NCBI RefSeq assembly: GCF_009914755.1
Contig: NC_060933.1
Direction: 5' to 3' (one strand)
Length of the DNA: 64,000 nucleotides
From: the human T2T-CHM13v2.0 reference genome, Homo sapiens
The translations under genes and the position numbers were made by a program. Within the stretch, counting starts at the first letter, position 1, and every line of letters starts with the position of its first letter. Positions 1 through 14,247 of the stretch are shown piece by piece. The notes below the pieces were generated by a model, which worked only from the letters and a program-made list of their open reading frames with translations, was not told the DNA's origin and searched no databases.

Positions 1-175
1 CTCTTTGGGCAAATTATTAAAATTCTATGTGGCTCAGCTTTCTTATCTGTAAATTAAGGATATTAATAATAACTTCCTTATAGGGTTGTTGTAAGAATTA
101 TATCAGGTAATATAAGTAAATATATAAAGCTATCAGTTGGTATAAAGCTATAGAAGAGTTTGCTATTATTTTTAT
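1..175 (+). mobile_element. MIR SINE (core and 3' part)
   Basis: ttgggcaaattattaa...ctcagctttcttatctgtaaattaaggatattaataat...tagggttgttgtaagaatta matches the MIR core. Confidence 0.8.
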
Positions 176-243
176 TACAAAAAAACTTCTATCTTGTTTA
201 AGCTATTTGGTCTCTGATAAAGCTGTCAGACTTACAGATTTAT

Positions 244-815
244 TATAAAATCTGTCCAGGGCCAGCAAGGTTTTTGCATAATAGAGAGACTTTGTAACCA
301 CAGGAAATCTGCAAACTAACATTTTAATAAATCCATCCACTGTTAAAATAATAGGTCTGGGTGAAGATTTGGAGAAGGGTAGAAATTGTGTCAAGTCTTA
401 TAACAACCACGTATCTTGGCACTTTCAGGATAACCTTTGCAGTAACATGTATTCATATTCGATGAACATTTATTAAGCATATACTTATGTGTCAGGCATT
501 TTCCTAGGTACTTGGGATGTATCAGTAAAGAAAACTGACAAAAATCACCCCCCTCATGAAGTTCATATTCTACTGCAAGTGTGGGAAGTGGTCTGGAGAT
601 GGGGAGTATCCATCAAGTTTAGATTTCATTATCAGGTTGTGGCTCAGACTATGTTTCCTAATTACTAGCTTGGAAAATGTAAATATCATAACAAAAGGAA
701 GTGAAAAATAGATTGAAACATCCCGGAGCCTATGAGATTGTGGTTACTATAAAATCTGTCCAGGGCCAGAAAGGTTTTTGCAAAATGGAGAGACTTTGTG
801 ACCACAGGAAATCTG
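244..815 (+). repeat. Dispersed 68-bp direct repeat (244-311 and 748-815)
   Basis: tataaaatctgtccagggccag(c/a)aaggtttttgca(t/a)aat(a/g)gagagactttgt(a/g)accacaggaaatctg; 4 mismatches in 68 bp. Confidence 0.92.
452..575 (-). mobile_element. L2 LINE 3' end fragment
   Basis: aacatttattaagcatatacttatgtgtcaggcatt...ccctcatgaagttcatattcta is a typical antisense L2 tail. Confidence 0.75.
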
Positions 816-1044
816 TATTCCAAAGCAAGTCAGAAGCACATCTGACATCAAAGGTTCTACCAACTGTAGAGCTGGGATGTTCTCCAGTTAAGTTCTCTGG
901 ATGATCTTACACATTGCTGAAGAGCAGGTAAGGGGCTCCTCCATCAGGCCTTTGATGAGTTCCCGCCAGGAAGTATCACTTCATCATTAAGAGGTTTGGC
1001 CATAATGGGAACTTACTTCATAGAACTTTTGGGGAAGTGTCCAA

Positions 1045-1089
1045 ATCTTCCACCAATTTCTTTAAGATTGTATTGTTGTTTTTCTTAAG

Positions 1090-1128
<39 letters not shown>

Positions 1129-3120
1129 AACATATTCTGGATATTTTTTTCAAACCTGTGACTTAGCTTCTCATTTTCTTAACAGTGTCTTTAGAAGAGG
1201 AAAAGTTTTTTATTTTTACAAAGTCCAACTTACCAATTGTTTCTTTTATGGCTTAGTGTTCGTACGTATATATGTTCTAAGAAATATTTGCTTAACCTAA
1301 TGTCACAAAGGATATTTTCCCCCCTTTTTCTCTAGAATATTTACAGTTTTAGTTCTTATATTTAGGTCTATGGCACATTTTGAATTAATTTTTGTGTAAT
1401 GTTTGAGGTAAGGTCAAGATTTATTTTTTTTTCTATACAGATATCCGGTGTCTGGTGCAGTTTGTTAAAAGACACTATCGTTTTTCCATTGAATTGCCTT
1501 GTTAATTGGCCATAAAAAGATTTATGTCTGAAGTCTATTCTGTTCCACTGATTTTTATATTTATACTTAAAACAATATCACAGAATCTGGATTATTGTGG
1601 CTTTGTAAATCAAGAAATTAGGTAGTATAAATCCTCCAAACTTAGTCTTTCACAAAATTGTCATGATTATTCTCGTTCCTTTACCATTTGATATAAATTT
1701 TAGAATTTTCTCATCAATTTCATCTCTTACAACCTCACAAGGATTTTAATTGGGGTTACAATGAATCTATGGATCAATTTAAGGAGAACTGACATTTTTA
1801 CAATGTTGAGTTTTCTAATCCATGAGCATGATTTATCTCCATTTATGTAGGTATTTAATTTCCTTTGGCAATGTTTTGTAGTTAAGTGTGCAAGTCTTGC
1901 AGAATTTTGTTAAATTTATTCCCAAGTATTTTATTTTTGATGCTATTATAAATGGAGTTGCTTTTAAATCTTAATTTCTAAATTATTTATTGATGGTATA
2001 TAGAAACAATTGATTTTTGTATATTGATGTTGTATCCTGTATCCTTACCAAATTCATTTGTCTTCAGTAGCTTTAGATTCCTTAAGCATTCTCTTCATAC
2101 ATAAATATGTTGTCTGCAAATAAAACAGTTTTATATTTTCTTTTCCAATATGCAAGGCTTTTATTCATTTCTCTTGCCTTATTGCACTGGTTATGACCTA
2201 TAGTTCAAGTTTTGAGAGTGGATATCCTTCAATTTTTCTAGATCTTAGATATAAAGCATCGAGGCATTCACCACTGTGTATATTAGCTGTAGTTTTTTGT
2301 CACTATTGTCTGTCTGGTTTTATCTTGAAAGTGCCCTTAATCAGACTAGTAAATTCCATTTCATTCCCGATTTCCTCAGAGTTTTTATCATACCTGAGAT
2401 ATAACTTTGCCTAATGGCTTTTTTATATCTAACAAGATAATCACATATTTTTGTTTCTTTCTTGTGACATATTATCTCATATACATTGTTGGGTTTGGTT
2501 GGCTAATATTTGCCAAGCATTTTTTTTTTTTTTTTGCCAGTGTTCATGAGGTTCAATCGTCTGTAGTTTTCTTGTGTTTCTTTGTCTATATTCAGTACAA
2601 GGGTAATACTGGCTTTATAATATTAGTTGGGAAGTATTTTCTATACTTCTGTTTTCTGAAAGAATTTGTATAAGATTAGTATTAGTTCTTCCTTAAATGT
2701 TTGGTAAACTTTTACTCATGAAGCCATCTGGGTCTGGATTTTTAAAAATATATGTTTGATAAGGTTTATAATTACAAATTTATTTTTTAAAGTAGTATAA
2801 GGCTATTAACATTCTCTATTTCTTCTTGGGTCAGTTTTTGAAAGTTTTATTTTTCAAATACTGGATCAAATACTTGGGTCATTTCATCCAAGTTGCCAAT
2901 TTATTATTCATAACATTGCCTTATTATCCCTTTAATGTTTTTAGCATTTAATGTATTTAGCATCTGTATCTTGTCCCCTCTTTCATTCTTGACATTGGTA
3001 ATTTGTGTCTTCCCTGTTCTTTTAGATTGGTATGACTATAAGCGTAACAATTTCATTGATTTTTCCCAAAGAATATTTTTTCTGTTGTTTGTCCATTCTC
3101 TATTGTATTGATATTCCTTC
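1045..3120 (-). mobile_element. Old L1 (L1M-class) ORF2 remnant
   Basis: T-rich antisense L1 ORF2 motifs, e.g. gaatctatggatcaatttaaggagaactgacatt, gttgtctgcaaataaaacagttt, gaagccatctgggtctgg. Confidence 0.85.
1091..1124. repeat. (TG)17 microsatellite
   Basis: Read directly. Confidence 0.97.
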
Positions 3121-3377
3121 TCCTGCACAGCTCTAAGTTAGTAAGTGAGAATTGATCTTAGAAGCACATGAAAACATATGGGAAACAAAACAAGGAAAAA
3201 TATTTAACAACTATAGTTTTCAATGTGTTCAGCTAGATATCATGGCAGATCTGAGAAACACACATGTAGTTCTCTGTGCTTAAGGATATTATTATCTAGT
3301 ACTCTGCCTCTCAAACGTTTCCATAAAGTTATACCAAATGGCAGGAAAGATTGAATAAGTACTTTTCATGACATAGG

Positions 3378-3908
3378 GCAGATATTCTCAGACGTTTTTA
3401 TGTTCATGGAAAACCTAGTGTCTCAGTTTTCTCAAGGCACCTCAGATCAAAAGAAACCTACAAAATTCCATTTATTAAGTAGATAGGTCCAAAATCATTT
3501 AATTTTTATTTCCTAATAACAAGTAGCCATTAAATAACAATACAAATATTTATATTCAAGTCTTAAATAACTACAATTACTTATTAATGGGATATACACC
3601 TGTTAGGCACTGAACAACTTTTAAAACTTTGGACTCACATACTGCCTATTTGTTTTACATTTATTTTCATGCATTAGTTGCTTTTTTTCATGGCAACTGC
3701 TAAAAACCCAGCTTATCAAAGATATGATGTTATCAAAAGAAATGTAGTATAATCTAATACTGAAAATATTATCCTGAGCTAGTAGTTTTCACACTGTCCT
3801 ATTGATATTGAATATCTCTACTTTTTCCTAAAAAAAAAAAAGTATCCCATGATGCCCCATTAGTTCACCGTAGTTCCCTGAGGTGCCTCAGCACAGTTTG
3901 GGAACTAT
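3378..3908. mobile_element. hAT-Charlie-type DNA transposon remnant
   Basis: Charlie-like terminus ggtgcctcagcacagtttgggaactatg; subfamily and left boundary uncertain. Confidence 0.5.
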
Positions 3909-4240
3909 GGGTCTAGGGTAAAAAAGAAGAAAGCTCCTGAGATCCAAATTTCCTTGAAAGTTTAAATATGTTAAATCTTTAAGATTCATCTGAAGTTTTT
4001 CCTCTATTAAATGATACATTTGTATTTAAACATGATTTTACACTTTATAAATTTCCCTATATTTATTTTATGGATCCTTGTATTCCCTGAGATATCATAG
4101 CAGAGTCCTGGGGATACCTCTACTGCAACTTGAGAGAGAAGGATCTAGCTATGGAAATAAGATAATGTATGCAGATGAGAGGTTAGCCAAAAACCCAAGG
4201 CAACTCAAATACTAATGCTGGATAAGGAGGAAGTAAGACA

Positions 4241-4368
4241 ATGTAACCAAGTAATTTACAGTCTTAACCAGGATCTTTCTGAGACTGAAAGGGAATGGTA
4301 CCAATACTAATTGGGAAAATAGACATAAACATAGGCTATCCCAGATAAACAGGGAGGCATGTTTCCCC
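4241..4368. mobile_element. MER81/MER94-like hAT-Blackjack element
   Basis: gtaaccaagtaattta...aaccaggatctttctgagactgaaaggg...ctatcccagataaacagggaggcatg resembles a CpG-decayed MER81. Confidence 0.5.
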
Positions 4369-5182
4369 AGGAAAGATTGGAAATCATTGATTTTGCAAAT
4401 ATAGTGGGACTATGCATGTATTAGCCAATAAAACATCTTCCGCCAGATTTTTTTTTTTTAAATCTAGAGAGTCCATATTATATCCACCTCTAGTTCTAAG
4501 AATACTGAAACATTTCCCTCAAGATTGCAACCCCTTCTCTAGGGAAAATAGCATAACCAGGTCTTATTTTTCACACAATGCCTAACTCTGAGGAACATCT
4601 TTCAGTGAGGAAGCCTTCCCTACATTCTTCTGAGAGGTGCAGTGTTGTTGCCTCTTTACTGGAGAAGTTATCCTCTTCTGCCCACATCTATAAGAAGAGA
4701 ATCTGGAACCAGTAACAACCAACAATCCTGTGGGTTAACAATTACCATTTAAATCAGCAAACTGACATCTAAGGAACTTAAAATTATGTATGTAGATGGT
4801 AATGCCATCTTTTCTTTTACAGGAAAAAGAGGAGGCTGCCATTTTTTTTTTAGTTTTTTAACTATATACTCAATTCTAATTCTGGTAAAAATTATTTTAT
4901 TTCTCTACATTTTTGATTTAGCCACTTTAATCAATTCTAAGATACAAATATCTTTATATTATGCTCTTTCTGAAATTAGGATGTGTCCCACAATTAATGA
5001 TATATCATAGTTTAATTGGATTAGGTAATTGTTTCCTGTGTGGTGGCACATAACATAATGATGTATCTTTATAAGTAATGGGGTCTTAGATTTAAAGAGA
5101 TAAAGTTATTATTCCATAAGAGAAAGGTGATACTATTCATGTTGGAGTGATGTAAAGATTCAACAAAAAAATTTTGTTTACA

Positions 5183-5240
5183 GGTAGTAAATATGGTAGA
5201 GTGAATAAAAAACTAGGATATGAGTAGAAATTCTCAGGTT
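5183..5240 (+). mobile_element. MIR 5' part (left half of a MIR split by the retrocopy)
   Basis: tatggtagagtgaataaaaaactaggatatgagtagaaattctcaggtt aligns to the tRNA-derived MIR head. Confidence 0.55.
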
Positions 5241-6212
5241 TTTTTTTTTTTTGTTTTCCTTTTTTATTGAGATGTTAGTAAGGGTTTTTGTTGCCAAAAC
5301 AAGTGAGAGATACAAGCATAAAAGAAGACACAGATAAGTTGTCTTGATAATTTTAGACTCTAAGATCTCTCTATGGAAAGGTCAGCTACTTTTGTAGACA
5401 AGATACTATCCAAAATAAAAACAACAGGTATTTGAGGCAGTGTTCAAGACAATGACTGAATACATATGTAATATGTAAAAATAAAAATGTAGATTCCTAT
5501 TTTCTTTCCTCAATAAGCTATGTGAGCATATAAAGGTATGGGTCTGCTTTTGGGGAAAAATGCTTTTCTATAGAAAAATTCTAATTTCCTCCATCCTCTC
5601 CCAAAAAAAGGTTTTAAGCCCTCAGATGAGCAAGGAAATCAATCAGGATAACACTAGTTTCACATGAACCTCAAGACTATAACTATAGTTACTATCTTCT
5701 TTTCTTAAAAAAAACTTTAGCTTCCTTTTATCTGTACCAAACCAGTACACTAAATTTTCTCCCTTACAAAATTTTCAACCAAGTTGGAATTAAATTAATC
5801 TCACTGTAAAATACAAGAAAGAATAGGTAAGCCCAGTGTTTGCTCTGTGTAATGCATAAAACAGAAGCATTTCTCCAACAGCACTAGCCCTAGAGGTACC
5901 ACATTAAGAACTGGCTGCAGGACAAAGTGATCCCTTAGGTCTACTAACAAGGCAGGGAGAGGAGAGTCCAGTTTCAGCAAAGATGAGGATTCCCTGCTAC
6001 GCTCTACGTTTAGCTTTTAGTTGTAGCCAGATCTCAAACAGATCCTAGGTCCCCCTAACTGACAAGGCCAGAACATAGTACCTTCACAGGGTCAAGAGGG
6101 CCAAAGTTGTCTAAACTAGTCAGTGAACATCTCTGCTCCATAATTTGTTAATGCTCACAATGATAGCGCTACAGGCATCAAGAAGCCTGGGTTTTGGAAC
6201 AACTTACACATT

Positions 6213-6930
6213 TGTTATAGCAAAATATTTGTGTCCCCCTGACATTCCTGTGTTGAAACCTAATCACCAGTGTAATGGTACTTAGCAGCGGTGGCTTTTT
6301 GGTTGTGATTAGGTCATTGTATTAGTCTGTTTTCACGCTGATAAAGACATATCCGAGACTGGGAAGAAAAAGAGGTTTAATGGACTTACAGTTCCACGTG
6401 GCTGGGGAGGCCTCACAATTGTGATGGAAGGCAAGGAGGAGCAAGTGACATCTTACTGTATGGCAGCAGGCAAGAGAGAGAGCTTGTGAAGGGAAACTCC
6501 CGTTTTTAAAACCATCAGATCTCATCAGACTTATTCACTATCACGAGAACAGCATGGGAAAGACCCGCCTCCATGATTCAATTACCTCCCACCAGATTCC
6601 TCCCATGACACATGGAAATTGTAGGAATTACAATTAGAGATGAGATTTGGGTGGAGACACAGCCAAACCATATCAGTCATGAAGGCATAGCCCTCATGAA
6701 TGGGATTGGTGCCCTTATAAAATAGACCTCTCTCGTACCTTTTGTCATGTGAGGACACAGCAAAAAGATAGCTGTCTATACACCAGGAAGTAGGCCCTCA
6801 CCAGACACTGCATCTGTGGAGGCTTGGTCTTGGACTTCCCAGCCTCTGGACTGTGAGAAATAAATTTCTGATGTTTATAAGCCATCCAGTCTACGGTATT
6901 TTGTTGTAACAGCCTGAACTGACTAAGACA
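6213..6930 (+). mobile_element. MLT1A-type MaLR solo LTR, interrupted by THE1
   Basis: tgttatag...tgtgttgaaacctaatcacc...agccatccagtctacggtattttgttg...ctaagaca; 5-bp TSD acatt/acatc. Confidence 0.9.
6318..6675 (-). mobile_element. THE1 (B/C-like) solo LTR
   Basis: tgtattagtctgttttcac...gacacagccaaaccatatca; perfect TSD gtcat (6313-6317, 6676-6680). Confidence 0.95.
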
Positions 6931-7227
6931 ACATCATTTACCTAATAAGCAGTGATAAACGTTCTTGTCTAGAGTAAATGATACGAAATATAATACATTA
7001 CTGCTGAGGTTATTTAGTCTGACTTTAAATTAAAGCAGTACAAATCACTTCTTCCATACAATAAAGACAAACTTTGTACTCATGCTTCTCAAAGCCAGTT
7101 GTGTCTCTAGATCTAGCCTCAGTTTAACAATTTTTAAAAAAAATACCTTTCCTAGGTCAGCGCTAAGATGAAAAAGGAGTAGCGAGCAAAACACTCTATA
7201 TCCAGAATCCCTGTAATAGAAAGAGCT

Positions 7228-8111
7228 CTAGAATCCAGCAGGTTCAAGCACATTCAAGTTTGAGATTGTGGTCTGTGGCAATCGTTTCTGTCCTTCTATC
7301 TCTGGAATGTTCATCTTGGGTGGCTTGAAGGTTGCTGGATTCACAGCCATTCAGTTGGCCTGGATATAACCTGAGCATAGGTCAGTTCCACTGGGAAGGG
7401 CCACTGTGCTCCTTTGTAGCCCAGGTGACAAAGCCTCCTGAAGCAGACTCCTGAGGTGGGGGTGGAAGTATGGGGGTCTTTGTTCAAAACTGCTCCATTT
7501 ATCTGATGAGTCTGTCTTTATCCCCATTTCTGAAACTGGACTTTGCTGGAATTTGGACCAGATAAGGCTGTAGAAGAACCAGAAGTGAACCAGTCTCGGT
7601 TTTTGCTTAGGGAAAGAGTCGGGGTGCTGCTTGGAGTGGACAGGGTCATTCAAGCGGCCTCTCTTTCTTCGTTATTTCTTCCCGTTTGGTTTGTGGAATG
7701 CTTCTCTCACTCAAAGGTTCTTGATCTCCTTGGTGGGAGGAACTTCGTGGGGTGTGTAGCCAGCATCATTCGGCCTTGTTTGTTGCTCAAAATACTGAAT
7801 GCTGTCCTGTGTGTTTTGTAATAATTCATGATGACAATGGTAGCTCTATCCTTCACCACCAGGATCTTGTCCATACTGTCAGTGGCCATAGGATCATGGT
7901 AGGGGGGACACACAGTCCCCTCTTATTCCACCAAGGTACTGAAATAACTTGTTTCCAGGGAATGCTGCTCATGGCTAGGGAAGAGGAATCAATGTGTAGG
8001 GTCTTTGAGGGCATCCTCATAGCCTGGCAGTTACAGACTCGTGGGGAGGGATATCTTGCCTAGGGAACCCCTAGGCTTAAGAGCCGGCTCTCCTCGTTGT
8101 CTTGAAGCCAC
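7228..8111 (-). pseudogene. KIAA1191P: Disabled KIAA1191 coding-homologous region
   Basis: Pieces VASRQRGEPAL..LGKISLP, IPWKQVI, ATDSMDKILVVKDRATIVIMN, DAGYTPH, WFTSGSSTALSGPNSS, SDKWS, MAVNPATFKPPKMNIPEIEG, LNVLEPAGF* match recalled KIAA1191 (MASRQPEVPAL...KPPKMDIPVMEG...LNVLTPTGF). ATG is now GTG, TAA at 8031-8033, several frameshifts. Confidence 0.93.
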
Positions 8112-8418
8112 TGAAAAACTAGGATCCAGGTGATTTAGAGCTGAGTGCCTGCCACCACAGTGAAATGATGTGACAATTATGCTGACAGATACTAACGAGG
8201 AACACCACCCAGCTGTTGCAAATTAGCAAGGCTTCCCTGGTAAAGTCCACCCAGAGGTCTGTTTCTTTGCCACCATGGGGATTCCTGCAACCCAAGCTCC
8301 ACAGTACAGACAGAGGCTTTATGGTGCAGTCAGGACCCAAGCCACGGTGTGCACGGCACTGTACTGTACTCCAGGCAGGTCTGAACCTCGGGTGCAGATC
8401 GGCGAGCACGTGCTGTGC

Positions 8419-8615
8419 AAGTCTAGGATTCCAGTGTTAACTTTCCTCTTTACTAGCTAAGTGACACTGAACAAGACACAATCTCTCTGAGGCTGTTTCT
8501 TTGTCTGAAAAATGAGGATCAAATACCTGCTCTGTCTATTTCATGGGGTTCTTGGAACATCAAATAGTCTTTGTTCTCATTGGTTTTATGAATCATGGAG
8601 GCATAATATAAATGT
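8419..8615 (+). mobile_element. MIR (right half of the split element)
   Basis: tactagctaagtgacactgaacaagacacaatctctctgaggctgtttctttgtctgaaaaatgaggat MIR core. Confidence 0.7.
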
Positions 8616-9394
8616 GTGAAATAAAAGACAAGGCATGTAAAAATACTGTGTGAGATTTAAAGGGGCACACAAATGCAAAAATTACTGTTTGTGACTTTTT
8701 AATAAACGCAAGGTAAAATATCATTTTTATATTCAATTAAATCCAACCATCATTTTTGAGGCCCTGCTTTAATACATGATTCTTTGGGATGTAGTGTTAA
8801 ATTATCCACATGCACCCTAAGTCTGAACAATTTTTGTGTAGCAAGTCCCCCATCCCCTGCCAAAAAAAGCAAAGCTATAGCAACCAGTGTTCTGGTGTTC
8901 TATGGCCTTTTTTCCCTAAGATCCACACTTTGCTTTTCGCTAACCCATCTCTCACTGTAAATGTGTACAGGAACAAGATGTGAGTACCGTAGATTAAGGC
9001 TAGAGATAATTGGCAGAACATAGGAGAAGAATCAGTGATGAGGGAGAAGGTGGGAGAGAAAAAGAGGGACCTGGGAATTGGAAAGAAGAAAAGACAATGT
9101 ACAAATAAAATCAATCCTCCCAATTGTGGCATGCAGAGAGAAAGAACCAAGCTACAAAAATGGATTCAATCAGATTCAATCAATCAGATGCCAGATGGAC
9201 ATGGCTTTAAAAAATGAGGCTATTATCACTGAAGTTCATTTGACAGAGCTTATGTATAAGAGTCAAGCGATGATCACTCTTGTCTACAATCATAAAATAA
9301 GGTGCCACGGTGATTTATCACTTTACTCTTCTAATATAACCCAACCTTTAGCAGTGTCTATAAATTTGGTTCCTACCTTTTGAAAACTCTTACT

Positions 9395-9463
9395 GTATCA
9401 CTGTAAATTAGCCCATTCCTTGGCACATACTAGGCATTTGATAAGTGTCTGGTGAATAAATGA
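9395..9463 (+). mobile_element. L2 3' end fragment
   Basis: ccttggcacatactaggcatttgataagtgtctggtgaataaatgaa. Confidence 0.65.
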
Positions 9464-9614
9464 ACTGAAAGAATGCAGACCTAGTTATGTTATTTTATCT
9501 TTTCATGGTGTTGAAGGATTCAAAACTAGAAAATAACACTCCCCCTTTCACCCTCTTATTTCCTCAAACACAAGACTCTTATTTAAGATTCCTCTAGTCT
9601 ATGCAGATAACTTA

Positions 9615-9755
9615 ACAATTGCTGGTACTCACTGAATGATTACTGTGCTGGGTAGTGTGTTAAGAAGTTTACACGATCTCACTCAATCCTTGCAACAACA
9701 AGTGAGCACGTGATTATCCCACTTTAAAAATGGAGAAAGTAAAATTCAGGGAGGC
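9615..9755 (-). mobile_element. MIR
   Basis: tcaatccttgcaacaac...attatcccactttaaaaatggagaaagtaaaattcagggagg. Confidence 0.65.
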
Positions 9756-9974
9756 TACCCTTAGAAAGAGAAAAAGTTTATACACCTAGTAAGTTGGGAT
9801 AAGGGTAACCAATTGGATATGCTTTTCTTTAATAATTATATTTTCATAGAAAAGGCTCAAGGAAGCACACCAAGAATTACAACTACCCTTTTCTAAATTG
9901 CAAAGGCCTGCAGAAAGTGTGTCCGTTGAGGATAAGCTATTGGCAGTGACCTTGAGGACAGAAGGAGTGGCTAG

Positions 9975-10292
9975 AGCAGGAGCATTTCATTGTTTCTTGA
10001 TGCCAACCAAAGTAAGAAATGCATTTTATATCCTAACACACACATACACACACACACTCACACATAACCACACATACGTATGTACATAACTGAAATAAAA
10101 CTTTTACTGAGCAATGCTTACTGCCACTATGTGTGACGCATGATATTTTCCATTCTGTTCCCTTCCATTTACTTTTCTTTCCTTCCCTTCCCTTCCATTC
10201 TATTCTATTCTATTTCTTTAAATGCTGTTTGGGACCCACTTATAATTGACTTCACTGTGCATTCGTGTGTAATGAGCTGCAGTTTGGAAACC
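9975..10292. mobile_element. hAT-Charlie MER-type element
   Basis: gggacccacttataattgacttcac...gctgcagtttggaaacca Charlie-type terminus; internal CA-rich tract. Confidence 0.55.
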
Positions 10293-10334
10293 AATGAGGT
10301 GGAAGGCAATAAAATTAGTAGGAAGAGAATGGAA

Positions 10335-10765
10335 TTTTGATTCCCTTGTGAGACTGGAACCTTGGGCTGCTATTGTGTGGGCTAAAGCAAATAATAATTT
10401 CTTTGAACTTCAGTTTCTCACCCATAAAATGGGGGTAATAATACATACCTCAAAGGGATGCTGAGAAGAGTGAGCGACAAACATACACACCTACTCTAGT
10501 ACTTAGTGTGTCCCACAGATGTATGGTGACAGCAGTGTAATGAGGTGGTTAGGAATGCAGAATGCTGGGCCCTGTCACAAACTAGCTGTGTGATCTTAGG
10601 CAAATCACATAATCTCCAAGCTGTGGTTTACTCCTGTGTAAAAAATGAGGAAACAGTAGTATTTACTTCACAGGGTTGTCGTGAGCATTAAGTGTGATAA
10701 CATATGTAAAGCTCTGAGCACAATGCCTGGTGTGTAGTAAGTGCTCAATAAATTATTGGCTATAT
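10335..10765 (+). mobile_element. Two adjacent MIR elements (about 10335-10505 and 10530-10765)
   Basis: cttcagtttctcacccataaaatgggggtaataata; ctagctgtgtgatcttaggcaaatcac...tgcctggtgtgtagtaagtgctcaataaat. Confidence 0.8.
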
Positions 10766-10877
10766 CATCTATTCAGCAAATATATCTATTATTATTGCCC
10801 AACTACTTAGAGCTACTCTGGAATGCCCTAGACTAGGTGACAATATATATTTTGATGGGACAAATTCAGGATTAGAG

Positions 10878-10880
<3 letters not shown>

Positions 10881-10914
<34 letters not shown>

Positions 10915-11023
10915 TGAGAGAAAGGAGAAAGAGAGAAGAAAGGAGAAAGAGAAGAAAGGAGAGAGAGACAGAAGAAAGGAGAGAGAGACAGAAGAAAGGG
11001 GAGAGAGAGAGAGAGAGAGAGAG
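10881..11023. repeat. (TG)16 followed by a GA-rich purine tract and (GA)n
   Basis: Read directly; contains a repeated 20-mer gagagagacagaagaaagga. Confidence 0.95.
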
Positions 11024-11027
11024 AAAT

Positions 11028-11100
11028 AATACATATGTAACAAACCTGCACGTTGTGCACACGTACCCTAAAACTTAAAGTATAATAATAATAAAAAAAA
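11028..11100 (+). mobile_element. Extremely 5'-truncated L1PA 3' end
   Basis: atacatatgtaacaaacctgcacgttgtgcacacgtaccctaaaacttaaagtataataataataaaa; flanking agaaat at 11022-11027 and 11101-11106. Confidence 0.9.
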
Positions 11101-11432
11101 AGAAATCAGAATTACTCTATTTTACTCACTGGTATCTTCAAGAGGCCAAATCAAACTTGGCTGCAGCAAAGGAAAATATTTTTAGTAAAGAAAGGTTAGA
11201 TCCAAAACTGGATTCCCTCTCTTTGTTTTTGACAGTATTTCCACAAAACCCAATCTTTGGCATGGGGTTAAAAGCCTTTTTTTTCTTTCCAATAAGTAGA
11301 CTTAACAAAAAAATGAATAAAGGAAAGAACTCTACATATTAAGTAGTGGAAAGTAAGTTTCATCCTTTGGAGGTTAGCTAAAGAACTCTATGGCATGGCC
11401 CCACACTCCCTAAAGCCTTCCTTCTTGCCACC

Positions 11433-11906
11433 TGTGCCAGGTAACCTCTAAGATGCCCCCAATACTTCCTGGTATTCATGCTCTGTGTAATACTCTCTTC
11501 CTGTCAAGTGTGGATTGGACTAAGTAACTCATTTCTAACTAATAGGATAAAGTGGAAATGACAGTGTATGACTTAGAGACTATGTCATAAGAGGTAATAT
11601 GGCTTCGCCTCTCTCTTCTGGAGCTTACTCTGAGGGAAGGTAGCTGCCATGTTGTGAGCAGCGCCATGGGAAGCCCATGTGATGAAAAACTAAAGCCTCC
11701 CACCTACAGTCAGGGAAGTGAACTTGGAAACTGATCCTCCAGACTCTTCAAAAGAATGTAGTCCCAGCCAACAGATACCCTGAACCAGAACCACCCAGAT
11801 AAACCACTCCTAGATTCTTGACTCTCAGAAACTATGAGATAATATATGTTGTTTTAAGCTGCTATGTTTGGGGATAATTGTTATACAGTAATAGATAGCT
11901 AATATA
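11433..11906 (+). mobile_element. MLT1F-like MaLR solo LTR
   Basis: ctctaagatgcccccaat...agctgccatgttgtgagcagc...ccagaaccacccag...gttttaagctgcta...agatagctaata; TSD ccacc/tcacc. Confidence 0.88.
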
Positions 11907-11959
11907 TCACCCTTGAATCTTGCTTCCCACACCATCTGTGTTAGGTCAGTCAGTTAATG

Positions 11960-14247
<2,288 letters not shown>

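Larger units (their letters stand above)
5239..8418 (-). pseudogene. KIAA1191P: Processed pseudogene of KIAA1191 (p33MONOX), inferred full extent including UTRs and poly(A)
   Basis: Intronless KIAA1191 homology at 7228-8111; GC/CpG-richer 5'UTR-like stretch to about 8418; minus-strand AATAAA at 5263-5268 and A14 at 5239-5252. UTR extent is inferred and the paralog number is unknown. Confidence 0.72.

Noticed and set aside
7351-7913. ORFs of 100 aa and 68 aa as novel microproteins
   Set aside because: Frameshifted pieces of the KIAA1191 pseudogene
8200-8418. CpG-containing stretch as a promoter
   Set aside because: Too short and decayed for a CpG island; better explained as the retrocopied 5'UTR
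10769-11062. ORFs with THTHTH, SLSLSL or CVCVCV runs (also at 1037, 18928, 19038, 26696, 40668)
   Set aside because: Translations of microsatellites
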